Source of the DNA: Bacteroidales bacterium
GTDB taxonomy: Bacteria; Bacteroidota; Bacteroidia; Bacteroidales; UBA7960
DNA length: 63,971 nucleotides
Direction: 5' to 3'
Assembly: GCA_003567625.1 (NCBI GenBank)
Contig: PWZB01000136.1
Span: 1 to 63,971 of the forward strand
The notes under the pieces are model-generated. The model saw only the letters and a program-made list of their open reading frames with translations. It did no database searches and was not told where the DNA came from. Shown one piece after another: positions 1 through 10,034 of this stretch. The stretch's first letter is position 1. Each line of letters opens with the position of its first letter. The position numbers and the translations under genes were made by a program.

Positions 1-1849
1 GGTTATATGGATCCGAATATCTTGTAAAAGGATTCAGAGCCCAGCGTCTTGGGCGGCTGATTCTTTTGCTGTAACTGATCTGTGCGTTCTGATTGTTTTC
101 AAAGCTTCGCCGTATATGAGCGCTGGGAAAAAAGCTGAAATAAGTGTTTCTGAAATCACCATCTTCAATAACGATTTGATCTCCTTCAATAACAGCATGT
201 TCAAGCCTTAACCCACTTTGGATGTTATAGTTGCCCAGGGCAGTCGAATAAATACCGTAAGCCGAGTACCTTTGCTCATCCATGATGAAATGATCAGTAC
301 GACCGGAGTCAATTAAAAACTCGCCATAATCATGGTCAAATTCAAAAAAATCGAATTTGTTGTCGCTGCCCCTGAATATGGTTTGAAAACCTGCTTCAAA
401 TTTGATGTTCTCATTTAATGGGTGGGCATAATCTGCTTCAATCCTGAGATTATAGTAATCTCCGTCGTTATAAGTTTCTTCAAGTATCTCCGGAAGGTCT
501 TCCAGTTCAGCATGGTCATATAGTATCCTTTCAAGCGCCTCTTCCCTGCTGAAATCGGTATTCGAATACCTGGCATCAAAGGTAAATTCACGGTACTCTT
601 CATCAAAATCTCTTTGATATCTTAAAGAATGATCAAAACCGTCACGCATCATCATATTACCGGATGTAATATCTTCCCTGTAATCATCAAACCCGCCAAT
701 TAATGGTAATTGTGAATTGGCAAAGAGATAGTCCTGAAAATCGTCGGCATTTCTTTCCCAGTTACTGTATCTTGTACTGAAGGTGATAGTGTTCTTATCC
801 CTAAAGGTATAATCAATTCCAAGCCGGATATTATAAGTATTCATGCTTCTTTTAAAGTCCATATCCTGGTGATGGTAAGATGTATCTGCTTGTCCTCCGG
901 GGTTTGAGAACCAGCTTGTACGGTCTGATTTGCCCCATCCTTCCATATTAAAGAACCTGCCGCTGGCGTTACCAAAGAAATTAATATTATCAACCGGCCG
1001 GTAGTTAAAGTTCAAAGAGCCGCTGTACCTGTTGTTGGTGCCGGCGCTGATGTTTATCATGCCGTTATATCCCGGTCTTTCTTCTTTTTTTGTAACTATA
1101 TTGATGATACCTGCGGTTCCGTCCGGGTCATATCTTACAGAGGGATTGGTAATAACTTCGATACGATCGATCATTTCGGAGGGTATTTGTTCAAGTACGG
1201 CATCGTCGTCGAGCCCTGTCAAGGCGGACGGCCTGCCGTCAACCAGTATGGTAACGTTCTGGCTGCCCCTCAGACTGACATTTCCGTCGAAATCAACACT
1301 AACCGAAGGTATGTTTTGCATAAGCTCAAGAGCCGTTCCCCCGGCTGCCGTCAGTTCTTGCCCTACGTTTATGACTCTTCTGTCAAGGCCTATCTCCATC
1401 ATTTCGCGGGTGCTCTCAACCACAACTTCTGATAAATACTCTGCAGTTGGGCTTATCTTTATGAGGCCTGTATCATAAACAGGTTCTCCAGGTGTTATTC
1501 TTATACCGTTATATTTATATGCCGGATACCCTACAAACCGTACCTGTATATAATATTGACCCGGAGGTACATTATCCACAATAAACCTGCCATCTTCATC
1601 AGATATGGCACCTGATACCATGACCGAGTCTTTCTCACGGTATAAAACCACACTGGCATACATTAAAGGTTTATCTGTATGTTCATCCATCAACTTTCCC
1701 TGTACAGTGCCAATTCCGGGCAGTGTTCCGTCTCCTCTTCTTCCTTGCTGAGGAGGTTGTTCGGCTGACAACTCTGGAGTGATAAAGGATAATACTAAAA
1801 ATAACCTGATTAAAAAAGGCTTAACCCGCAGTTTAATGTTTCGATCCAT
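1..1849 (-). CDS. TonB-dependent outer-membrane receptor (CarboxypepD_reg-like domain + plug + barrel); 3' end runs off the window
   Basis: Missing from the ORF track because it is open at the window edge. Reverse-complement reading from the ATG at 1849 gives MDRNIKLRVKPFLIRLFLVLSFITPELSAEQPPQQG (signal peptide). Next comes GTVQGKLMDEHTDKPLMYASVVLYREKD...GRFIVDNVPPGQYYIQV, then plug motifs VDFDGNVSLRGSQNVTILVDGRPS and IDRIEVITNPSVRYDPDGTAGIINIVTKK. The frame stays open to position 1. Confidence 0.8.
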   Translation of the reverse strand, partial: MDRNIKLRVKPFLIRLFLVLSFITPELSAEQPPQQGRRGDGTLPGIGTVQGKLMDEHTDKPLMYASVVLYREKDSVMVSGAISDEDGRFIVDNVPPGQYYIQVRFVGYPAYKYNGIRITPGEPVYDTGLIKISPTAEYLSEVVVESTREMMEIGLDRRVINVGQELTAAGGTALELMQNIPSVSVDFDGNVSLRGSQNVTILVDGRPSALTGLDDDAVLEQIPSEMIDRIEVITNPSVRYDPDGTAGIINIVTKKEERPGYNGMINISAGTNNRYSGSLNFNYRPVDNINFFGNASGRFFNMEGWGKSDRTSWFSNPGGQADTSYHHQDMDFKRSMNTYNIRLGIDYTFRDKNTITFSTRYSNWERNADDFQDYLFANSQLPLIGGFDDYREDITSGNMMMRDGFDHSLRYQRDFDEEYREFTFDARYSNTDFSREEALERILYDHAELEDLPEILEETYNDGDYYNLRIEADYAHPLNENIKFEAGFQTIFRGSDNKFDFFEFDHDYGEFLIDSGRTDHFIMDEQRYSAYGIYSTALGNYNIQSGLRLEHAVIEGDQIVIEDGDFRNTYFSFFPSAHIRRSFENNQNAQISYSKRISRPRRWALNPFTRYSDPYN

Positions 1850-2283
1850 CTGTTTTATTCATTTTTTAATTTGATATATTTAAACCTCTTATTGAACTGT
1901 ATCCTAAAGAATATTTTTGATCAAAAAGAATTTGATAATAAGACAAACTATAACGGATAAAGTTTAATTTACTTGCAATTTTTTATATGTTTTATTAAAT
2001 AACGAAACAGATAATTTTTCGTTGTATTTGTACCACTGAAATGAACTGCTTTAAGGTAAAAGAACATGACAGATTAAAAATCAATAATAAAAAGAACACA
2101 TATCTTATTAAATTATTAACAGTTGCCGGGTTGCATGGCTTCAGTTTAGTTAACCGCCTGATTGTTTGTGTTTTAAACAAACATTTTACGAGCCCCGGTT
2201 GTTAATAAAGCGAAACACTTAATGGTTGATATTTTTCAGCTTTGTTATATATTGCGCACCGCAAAAAGAGATAGTGTTATAGA

Positions 2284-4125
2284 ATGACAAATGTTTTGAC
2301 ATATAGCGAAGATAGTATTCGCACACTTGATTGGCGCGAGCATATTCGTATGAGACCGGGCATGTATATCGGTAAACTTGGCGATGGCATTTCTCCCGAT
2401 GATGGAATTTACGTGCTTCTGAAAGAGGTGATTGATAATTCAGTGGATGAATTTATCATGGGTTTTGGAAAAACCATTGAAGTAAAGATAGTTGATAAAG
2501 TTGTTACTGTGAGAGATTTTGGGCGGGGCATTCCACTGGGTAAAGTGGTTGATTGTGTTTCGAAAATCAATACCGGTGCTAAATATGACACTAAGTTATT
2601 CAAAAAGACGGTCGGCTTGAATGGTGTCGGAACGAAAGCCGTGAATGCATTATCGGTAAAATTTAACATTAAATCCATACGTGAAAGTAAAATCAAGGAT
2701 GCCATATTTGAAGATGGCAACCTCGTTGAAGAATCACAGCATGATGATACGGCTCAACGAACAGGAACCGTTGTAACCTTTATGCCTGATGAGAAAATTT
2801 TTGGCAATTACCGTTTTATTGACGAATTTGTTGAGCGGTTATTATGGAATTATGTTTTCCTGCATCGTGGTTTAAAAATCATTTATAACGGCCAACGCTT
2901 ATATTCTGAAAACGGACTCAAAGATCTCCTTGAGAGAAATATTGATTATCCTACTGTTTATCCTGTTGTTCATATTGTTGAAGATGATCTTGAGTTTGCT
3001 TTCACTCACAGTGCTACACAATAAAGTGAAGAGTTTTTTTCTTTTGTTAATGGTCAGCAGACCGTCCAGGGAGGTACTCACCAGGCTGCATTCAGGGAAG
3101 CTTTTATCAAAACGATCAGAGATTTTTATAAAAAAGATTTTGAAGCAAATGACATTAAAACTTCCCTGATCGTGGCATTAAGCATTAAAGTACAAGAACC
3201 GGTTTTTGAATCACAGACAAAAACAAAGCTTGGTTCACAGCATATTGAGCCCGGAGGGACCACCATACGTAATTATATCGGCGAAATTTTGAAAAAGCGA
3301 CTTGATAATTACCTGCACATGAACTCCGATATTGCCGATGCATTGTTGAAAAAAATCCTGCAATCGGAAAAAGATAGAAAAGACCTGGCAAACATCAAAA
3401 AAGTTGCCAGGGAAAGAGTGAAAAAAGCAAATGTACATAACAAGAAACTTCGTGACAGCAAGATTCACTATAATGATAATCATCCCCTGAGGCTTGACAC
3501 TAAGTTGTTCGTTACAGAGGGTGATTCTGCGAGCGGTTCAATAACAAAAGTTCGTGACGTGAATACACAAGCTGTTTTTAGTTTAAAAGGGAAACCTTTG
3601 AATTGCTATGGTTTATCAAAAAAGATAGTCTATGAGAACGAAGAGTTTAACCTGTTACAGGCGGCGCTTAATATAGAAGACTCACTAGAAGACTTGCGTT
3701 ATAATAATATCATTATTGCAACTGATGCCGATGTCGATGGTATGCATATCAGGCTGTTGCTGATAACCTTTTTTCTTCAGTTTTTTCCTGACCTTGTTCG
3801 TAATGGGCATCTTTATATTTTGCAAACGCCATTATTCAGGGTTCGTAATAAGAAGAAAACTATATATTGTTACAGCGAAAATGAAAAAGCCACGGCACTA
3901 AATGAACTTGGAGATAAAGCTGAAATAACCAGGTTTAAAGGGCTTGGCGAAATATCACCTGATGAATTCGGGAATTTTATAGGGGAAAATATACGCTTGG
4001 AACCGGTTATTTTACGTAAGGAAAATGGCATCGGTGATATATTGAACTTTTATATGGGCAAAAATTCTCCTGACAGGCAAAACTTCATAATAAACAACCT
4101 CAGGTTTGACCTGGATATGGTATGA
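2284..4125 (+). pseudogene. parE: DNA topoisomerase IV subunit B (ParE-type type IIA topoisomerase B subunit) interrupted by one in-frame TAA at 3022..3024
   Basis: Track ORFs 2284..3024 and 3172..4125 are in the same frame. Reading through the TAA gives a continuous sequence: ...[36 protein letters not shown]... The N-terminus is YSEDSIRTLDWREHIRMRPGMYIGKLG (GHKL ATPase). TOPRIM blocks are [12 protein letters not shown] and [17 protein letters not shown]. The total of 613 codons is a normal ParE length. Confidence 0.85.
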
Positions 4126-4164
4126 TATTGTGCAGTATTGTGGTGATTGAAGGGAATTGGGTGT

Positions 4165-4259
4165 GGGGTTAATATGGTTAATATGGTTAATATGGTTAAT
4201 ATGGTTGGATGGTTATATGGTTATATGGTTATATGGTTGGATGGTTGGTTATGTGGTTT
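4165..4259. repeat. Degenerate ATGGTT-based tandem repeat (9-nt ATGGTTAAT units, then 8-nt ATGGTTAT / ATGGTTGG units)
   Basis: Direct reading: ggttaat atggttaat atggttaat atggttaat atggttgg atggttat atggttat atggttat atggttgg atggttggtt atgtgg. It lies between the convergent ends of parE and the amidase gene. Confidence 0.9.
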
Positions 4260-4275
4260 TTAGGGTATTAATGAT

Positions 4276-5073
4276 TTATTCTATGAGTTTGAATTTATCC
4301 CAGTCATCTGCCACTTTAAATTTTTCCCGGAAATTATCAAGTTTTTCTCTTGGCATGTTTATGGTTTCTGTTTTTTCTTCATTTGCCTTAATGTCGGATA
4401 AGTTTATACCCAGGGGGTTTATAATGGCTGAATTGCCGGAGTATTCAACATTGTTGCCGTCTTTGCCTGTCCGATTTACACCGATTACATAAGCCTGGTT
4501 TTCTATGGCACGGGCCATAAGCAATACGTTCCACGGATGGCTGCGTGGAGCAGGCCAGTTGGCAATATTGATAATACAATCATAATCAAACCCTGTTTCA
4601 GGGCTGTAAATATTTTTGCACCAAACAGGAAACCGCAGGTCATAACATATCAGCAACAGGAATTTCCAGCCTTTATACTCCACCACAACTCTTTCTTTGC
4701 CGGGGGTATATTTTTTTGTTTCCCCGGCAAATTTAAATAAGTGCTTTTTATCATATTTGTAATGATTTCCGTTGGGCTGCATCCATACCAGGCGGTTGTA
4801 AAACCTGCCATTATCAAGTGTCGGCATGCTACCGACCAGTACAAAGTTTTTTTCTGCAGCCAGTTGCTTCATCCACCGGAAAGTATCTTCCTTATAGGGT
4901 TCGGCATAATCGGCCGGATCCATTGTAAAACCTGTGGTAAACACTTCAGGTAATATAACCAGATCAACAGGCTCATTGATCAGGCTTATTTTTTTTTCAA
5001 ACATTTTCCTGTTGGCTTCGGGGTTTTCCCAGTGAAGCTTTGTCTGAATAATTGAAACTTTTAAATCTTGCAT
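4276..5073 (-). CDS. Carbon-nitrogen hydrolase, YafV-like omega-amidase (2-oxoglutaramate amidase type)
   Basis: Nitrilase-superfamily triad contexts are present: LVILPEVFTTGF (Glu), YDKKHLF (Lys) and LLLICYDLRFP (Cys). I moved the start to the ATG at 5073 (MQDLKVSIIQTKLHWENPEAN). That start overlaps the upstream gene's stop by 13 nt. Confidence 0.75.
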   Translation of the reverse strand: MQDLKVSIIQTKLHWENPEANRKMFEKKISLINEPVDLVILPEVFTTGFTMDPADYAEPYKEDTFRWMKQLAAEKNFVLVGSMPTLDNGRFYNRLVWMQPNGNHYKYDKKHLFKFAGETKKYTPGKERVVVEYKGWKFLLLICYDLRFPVWCKNIYSPETGFDYDCIINIANWPAPRSHPWNVLLMARAIENQAYVIGVNRTGKDGNNVEYSGNSAIINPLGINLSDIKANEEKTETINMPREKLDNFREKFKVADDWDKFKLIE

Positions 5074-6218
5074 AATATTTTGGCTGCTTTTTCGAGTGTT
5101 TCTTCTTTTTTGGCAAAACAAAACCGTAAAGTATTGTTATTTACAGGTTTATTATAAAAAGATGAAACAGGTACCGATCCTATTCCAAATTCTTTAATAA
5201 GTCTTTGTGCAAAATCCATCTCAGGTTCATCGGTTATAGTACTATAATCGAGTAATTGGAAATATGTTCCGAGTGAGGGTATTATTTTAAAACGAGAGTT
5301 ATTAATAAGCTTTACAAACTGATCACGTTTTTCCTGGTAAAATTCTCCCAGTTTTTCATAGTTTGACCTGTTTTTCAGGAATTCGGCAATCGCATGTTGT
5401 ATTGGTGTGTTTGAACAAAATACGATAAACTGGTGCACTTTACGAAACTCTTTCATAAGGTTTTCGGGTGCAAGGCAATATCCTGTTTTCCATCCGGTAG
5501 TATGGAAAGTTTTTCCAAACGAGCATGTTACAAGGCTTCGTTCAGCCAGTGAAGGATAACGGCAAACGCTTTGATGTTCGTAACCGTCAAAGATTATATG
5601 TTCATAAACCTCATCACTGAGAATAATGATGCCGGTGTTTTTTGTGATCTTTTCAAGCTGCATCATATCTTTTGCTGAAAGAATGCTTCCTGTCGGGTTA
5701 TGAGGCGTATTTATTATGATCATCTTGGTTCGTTGATTGAGCAATTTGCGTACTTCGTCCCAATCAATGTGATAATCGGGGATTTTAAGCGGAACGCAAA
5801 CCGGTATTCCGCCATTTAGCTTTATTGCCGGGACGAAACTGTCATAAGCCGGTTCAAAAACGATCACTTCATCTTCTTCCCTTATAAATGCGCTAATGGC
5901 AGTATATAAAGCCTGCGTAGCGCCTGCTGTAACAGTGACTTCCGTTTCAGGGTCGTAAGAAGCCGTGTACATATATTCGGTTTTTTCAGCTATGGCTTCA
6001 CGAAGCTTCATTACTCCCGCTAAAGGTGCATATTGATTATACCCTTTGTGCATGTATTTGGTAACGAGTTCTATTAGTTTTGATGAACATTCAAAATCGG
6101 GAAAACCCTGGGAAAGATTAATAGCATTGTGCTCGTTAGCCATATTTGACATTACGGCAAAAACTGAAATCCCTGTTTTGGGCAATTTTGAGTTTATTAT
6201 TTCCGGAAATGGGTTCAT
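5061..6218 (-). CDS. Class I/II PLP-dependent aminotransferase, YbdL-like (methionine/glutamine transaminase type)
   Basis: SKLPKTGISVFAVMSNMANEHNAINLSQGFPDFECSSKL...GYNQYAPLAGVMKLREAIAEK closely parallels E. coli YbdL as I remember it. The PLP-lysine context is SFGKTFHTTGWKTGY. Confidence 0.75.
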   Translation of the reverse strand: MNPFPEIINSKLPKTGISVFAVMSNMANEHNAINLSQGFPDFECSSKLIELVTKYMHKGYNQYAPLAGVMKLREAIAEKTEYMYTASYDPETEVTVTAGATQALYTAISAFIREEDEVIVFEPAYDSFVPAIKLNGGIPVCVPLKIPDYHIDWDEVRKLLNQRTKMIIINTPHNPTGSILSAKDMMQLEKITKNTGIIILSDEVYEHIIFDGYEHQSVCRYPSLAERSLVTCSFGKTFHTTGWKTGYCLAPENLMKEFRKVHQFIVFCSNTPIQHAIAEFLKNRSNYEKLGEFYQEKRDQFVKLINNSRFKIIPSLGTYFQLLDYSTITDEPEMDFAQRLIKEFGIGSVPVSSFYNKPVNNNTLRFCFAKKEETLEKAAKILCKI

Positions 6219-6439
6219 AATGGTTATTGCTTAATTTTTGTTTATAATAATCATTTTTTATAAGTTTCCGGTTACGAATTTAAAAATTGGATGGCAAGAT
6301 TAATTCTTAACCGGATACTGGTGATTTTTTTATTAATTTTACATTCAACATATCATTTACAAAAATAAAATAAATTTAATAAAAGAAGATGTTTTGTGTT
6401 CTTATAATATGATAGTATTTTTTATTATAATATGTTGCA

Positions 6440-6481
6440 GGTAACTGGTAACGGGAGGCGGTGGGTTAATCGGCAATCGGT
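6440..6481. repeat. G-rich 7-nt periodic array (ggtaact ggtaacg ggaggcg gtgggtt aatcggc aatcggt)
   Basis: Read directly. It lies about 105 nt upstream of pgk with the G-rich strand in the pgk sense orientation. It shares the GGTAACG / AATCGG words with the arrays at 19575..19738 and 38391..38518. Confidence 0.6.
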
Positions 6482-6585
6482 TTAGCTATGTCTGCAGAAC
6501 ACAAAAAACAATTAACAGTTATTTTTCAAGTAATAAAGATTTTTTAATAACCGAATAACGACAAAAATAATTTAATTATAAGCAT

Positions 6586-7779
6586 ATGAAAACAGTTGAA
6601 GATTATAATTTCAGGGGTAAAAAAGCGATTATCAGGGTTGATTTTAATGTACCGTTAGACAGCAACTATAATATTACCGATGATTCGAGGATCAAAGCAG
6701 CACTTCCGACTGTGGAAAAGGTTTTAAAGGACGGTGGTTCGGTGATTTTGATGTCGCATTTGGGTCGTCCGAAGGAAGGTCCGGAGGAGAGGTACTCGTT
6801 AAAACATATAGTTGATCATTTAAGTCGGTTGCTTCAGAGAGAAGTGAAATTTGCAGATGATTGTGTCGGGAATTCGGCTGTTGAAATTGGTGATAACTTA
6901 AAACCGGGCGAAGTCTTATTATTGGAGAATCTCAGGTTTCATAAAGAGGAAACCAAAGGTGACAGGGATTTTGCCAATAAATTGGCTTCTTTGGCTGATG
7001 TTTATGTAAACGATGCTTTTGGAACGGCTCACAGGGCACATGCATCTACAACGGTCATTGCAGAATTTTTTTCTGAAGACAAGATGTTTGGGCTTTTACT
7101 TGCACGTGAACTCAAAAGTATTGAAAAAGTTGTAAAAGACATTAAAAGACCTTATTTGGCGATCATCGGCGGTGCAAAGGTATCAACCAAGATAGACGTT
7201 TTAAATAATATTATTGATAAGGTTGATGACCTGATTATAGGCGGAGGGATGATGTTCACTTTTATTAAGTCGCAGGGAGGAAAAATCGGCAAGAGCCTTG
7301 TAGAAGATGATTACCTGGAGACAGCACGGGAAATGATGTATTATGCAAAATCAAAAAATGTGAATATTCACTTACCTGTTGATGCTGTAATTGCTGATGA
7401 CTTTTCCAATGATGCCAATACCAGGGTTTGCAAAAGCGATCAAATACCTGATGGATGGATGGGTATGGACATTGGTGAAAAAGCACGTCAAAGTTTTTCA
7501 TCCATTATCGGGAATGCCAAAAATATTTTATGGAACGGACCGATGGGTGTGGCTGAAATGGATAAGTTTGTTGCGGGAACAGAATCGATAGTAAAAGCAA
7601 TGGTAGAAGCTACTGAAAAGGGTGCATTTACACTTGTGGGTGGTGGTGATTCGGTAGCAACAATAAACCGGCTTGGCATGGCCGCTAAGGTTAGCTATGT
7701 GAGTACAGGCGGAGGTGCTTTGCTTGAATATATTGAAGGGAAAGAATTGCCGGGTGTAAAGGCAATATTGAAAGATTGA
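6586..7779 (+). CDS. pgk: Phosphoglycerate kinase
   Basis: Full-length 397 aa. Motifs: [62 protein letters not shown]. Confidence 0.95.
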   Translation: MKTVEDYNFRGKKAIIRVDFNVPLDSNYNITDDSRIKAALPTVEKVLKDGGSVILMSHLGRPKEGPEERYSLKHIVDHLSRLLQREVKFADDCVGNSAVEIGDNLKPGEVLLLENLRFHKEETKGDRDFANKLASLADVYVNDAFGTAHRAHASTTVIAEFFSEDKMFGLLLARELKSIEKVVKDIKRPYLAIIGGAKVSTKIDVLNNIIDKVDDLIIGGGMMFTFIKSQGGKIGKSLVEDDYLETAREMMYYAKSKNVNIHLPVDAVIADDFSNDANTRVCKSDQIPDGWMGMDIGEKARQSFSSIIGNAKNILWNGPMGVAEMDKFVAGTESIVKAMVEATEKGAFTLVGGGDSVATINRLGMAAKVSYVSTGGGALLEYIEGKELPGVKAILKD

Positions 7780-8044
7780 ATCCGCTCCGAATTTTTATGC
7801 AGATTCATTCTGGTGATGGGTAATCTTATAAAAAACGGAAATTTGAAAAAATAATATCCAATGAATGGGGAAATCCGAAAAAGCAATGTTTCTTAACTTT
7901 TTCTAATGGGTTTGAAGTTTACTGTTTTTATAAAGATGGTTTAAATCCGGGTTAAAAAAAGGGCAGAATAAATTAACATTTTTAATTTATTAACCTTGAG
8001 TGAAAAGGTTCAATAAAATTATTAAAAAAAACATACTTTGTTAT

Positions 8045-8449
8045 TCAGATATTTTCTTTTTCTTCTTTTTTTTCGATAAGCAGTAAAAGGTCTTCAATAA
8101 CTTTTTGCAGGTATTCAATACATGATTCACTTTTAACGACATAATTAAACACACCTAGTTCCTGTAATTTTGCAACGAGATTAATATCACGTTGTGCTGA
8201 GCATGCTATAACAGGAATTTCAGGATGTTTCTCATTTATTTTTTGTATTAATTCATATCCGTGAATATCGGGCAACATAAGGTCAACAATAACAATATTA
8301 GGCTTTTCATCAATATGATTTAACAGCTCCTGTCCTAAAACGAAATTAGAAATAGTAATATTTTTTATAGAACCAAGGCACAGCTTGAGTAACATTCCCT
8401 CCGTTTTGTTGTCTTCTATAACAAAAACTTTTCTTTTATTTTTATTCAT
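8045..8449 (-). CDS. Single-domain response regulator (CheY-like receiver)
   Basis: 134 aa. It has VFVIEDN, the phospho-acceptor context IVIVDLMLPD, VIACSAQ and YVVKS. There is no output domain. Confidence 0.85.
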   Translation of the reverse strand: MNKNKRKVFVIEDNKTEGMLLKLCLGSIKNITISNFVLGQELLNHIDEKPNIVIVDLMLPDIHGYELIQKINEKHPEIPVIACSAQRDINLVAKLQELGVFNYVVKSESCIEYLQKVIEDLLLLIEKKEEKENI

Positions 8450-8626
8450 ATAATTACAATTAGGGTACTGTCTGTATTATTATTTTTTAAAATCCAAAAG
8501 TCCCATCGTAAAGCTCAATACTGTAGTAAAATAAATGATTTACTTAACATGGCTGCTATATTTATTTACCAAAATTAAATATATTCAATTTCCCCGGCCG
8601 TTTAAAAAATATTTTGGGTAAACTAT

Positions 8627-9079
8627 TTAATTGACAGTAGATAACATACCAACCGCACATCCTTCTAGTCCGTCTTTAAATGTAAATGTTAAACTATATC
8701 GTCCACTCATAGTGACTGGATATTCAATGAACGGGAAATGACGCTTTGTGTTAATATCATAAGTAGTTGCAATTAGCTGATCTCCCCGATAGAGGCTTAT
8801 GACTACTTCCCCGGGCTTGGTTTGGTCATTACAAGCAAATATCCTGTAGGTGGTTCCACGGTTAAGAATAATTTCGTACCTGGTAACACGGGGTGAAGAC
8901 CCTCTTTGAACTTCCCCGTGTTGGACAGGGAAGCTACGGATGAATCTCGCATTACCTAGTTTAGCATGGCAAACATCCGTTAGTTCATCTCCACATTGTG
9001 ATTTTGCTTCGAATGGAATGCAAAATACTGTTAATGTGGCAATAGCCATTGTGAAAAAAAGTTTTTTTATCATAATCAT
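8627..9079 (-). CDS. Small secreted protein of unknown function (signal peptide, four Cys)
   Basis: The N-terminus MIMIKKLFFTMAIATLTVFCIPFEAKSQ is signal-peptide-like. I recognise no family. Its ATG overlaps the upstream stop as ATGA (9076..9079). Confidence 0.55.
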   Translation of the reverse strand: MIMIKKLFFTMAIATLTVFCIPFEAKSQCGDELTDVCHAKLGNARFIRSFPVQHGEVQRGSSPRVTRYEIILNRGTTYRIFACNDQTKPGEVVISLYRGDQLIATTYDINTKRHFPFIEYPVTMSGRYSLTFTFKDGLEGCAVGMLSTVN

Positions 9080-9987
9080 TCGATTATTTTGTTTCGTATA
9101 TATTCAACTTGCTTGCCAATTCCAGCAACTATTTCTTCATCGATATTTACTTCACTTCTTGAATTATCGACAACGACAATATTACCATCAACTTCTTTCA
9201 TAGCCGGTTCTTTATATATATATGTTATTGATACGTTGTCAAACTCTTTTTTCAAATCCATTAAATCAAGGAATAATTCTTCAAAATTAGGATCATTTCG
9301 GTAATTACTCAACAAAAGTAATATATTATCCAGAACGATCTTTTGTTCGCCGATACGTTGGTGGATGCGTTCTTTATTAGTTGGGTAGGTTTCAACCTTA
9401 GTTGCGATATATAAACTTTCTATCCATGTTCCATAGGCGATAAGCACGGAAATGCTGCTTCGGCTCTGGTCTATCAGGTATCGTGTCATACTGTCAAAGC
9501 CACGATTGGTAATATATAACACTGAATCAACATTACGGCTGCTCTCGGATAACTTGTTCAAGGTTTCATAATCAAAAAATTGCCCTATTCGTAAATCATC
9601 AGCCAGATCTTTTACATTACGTAAATATGAAAGCGTGGTAACAGTTCTGTCGTATATGTTCATATAAACCAGGTCTGTGCCATATACGCCGAGGTTTAAT
9701 GCCCTTTTGAAATTGGTGTTGTAATTGTTTATACCGCTGACAGGATTCAGTAATTCCTGAGAATAGATCACGTCAGATTTTTGCAGTAAAACAGACATTT
9801 CAACCGGATTAGGTACCGACGATATCATCTGTCCGACAACTTCATCGGTCATTTTGATATCTTCAGAAATCAGCGTATCGGCAAGAAGGTCTGTAGCTTC
9901 TTCTCTTTTCTCGGGAACACAAGCTGCAAAAAACAATGCTAAAAACCCGGATATTATTAGCATTGATGAAACAATTCTTTGTGTCAT
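9076..9987 (-). CDS. Lipoprotein of unknown function (predicted mostly helical)
   Basis: MTQRIVSSMLIISGFLALFFAAC is a lipobox-type signal peptide. The track ORF extends to a TTG at 10038, which would overlap the ABC gene's stop by 4 nt. I prefer the ATG at 9987. Confidence 0.55.
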   Translation of the reverse strand: MTQRIVSSMLIISGFLALFFAACVPEKREEATDLLADTLISEDIKMTDEVVGQMISSVPNPVEMSVLLQKSDVIYSQELLNPVSGINNYNTNFKRALNLGVYGTDLVYMNIYDRTVTTLSYLRNVKDLADDLRIGQFFDYETLNKLSESSRNVDSVLYITNRGFDSMTRYLIDQSRSSISVLIAYGTWIESLYIATKVETYPTNKERIHQRIGEQKIVLDNILLLLSNYRNDPNFEELFLDLMDLKKEFDNVSITYIYKEPAMKEVDGNIVVVDNSRSEVNIDEEIVAGIGKQVEYIRNKIIE

Positions 9988-10034
9988 GGCAAGTATTTTT
10001 ATGATATTAATACTAAAACTTATTACAAATATAA

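Noticed and set aside
1032-1478. 148-aa + strand ORF (and the overlapping 81-aa ORF 1187..1432)
   Set aside because: It lies antisense inside the clearly coding minus-strand TonB-dependent receptor. The composition is low-complexity Ser/Pro/Leu-rich and I see no recognisable motifs.
3022-3024. Genome-wide reassignment of TAA as a sense codon
   Set aside because: Neighbouring genes terminate on TAA at sensible, homologue-length positions. Examples are the amidase at 4276..4278 and the serpin at 60958..60960. No other conserved gene in the window is split, so the parE TAA is a single local event.
4157-4492. 111-aa + strand ORF starting MGVGLIWLIWLIWLIWL
   Set aside because: Its N-terminus is a translation of the ATGGTT microsatellite. 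The rest is antisense to the amidase gene.
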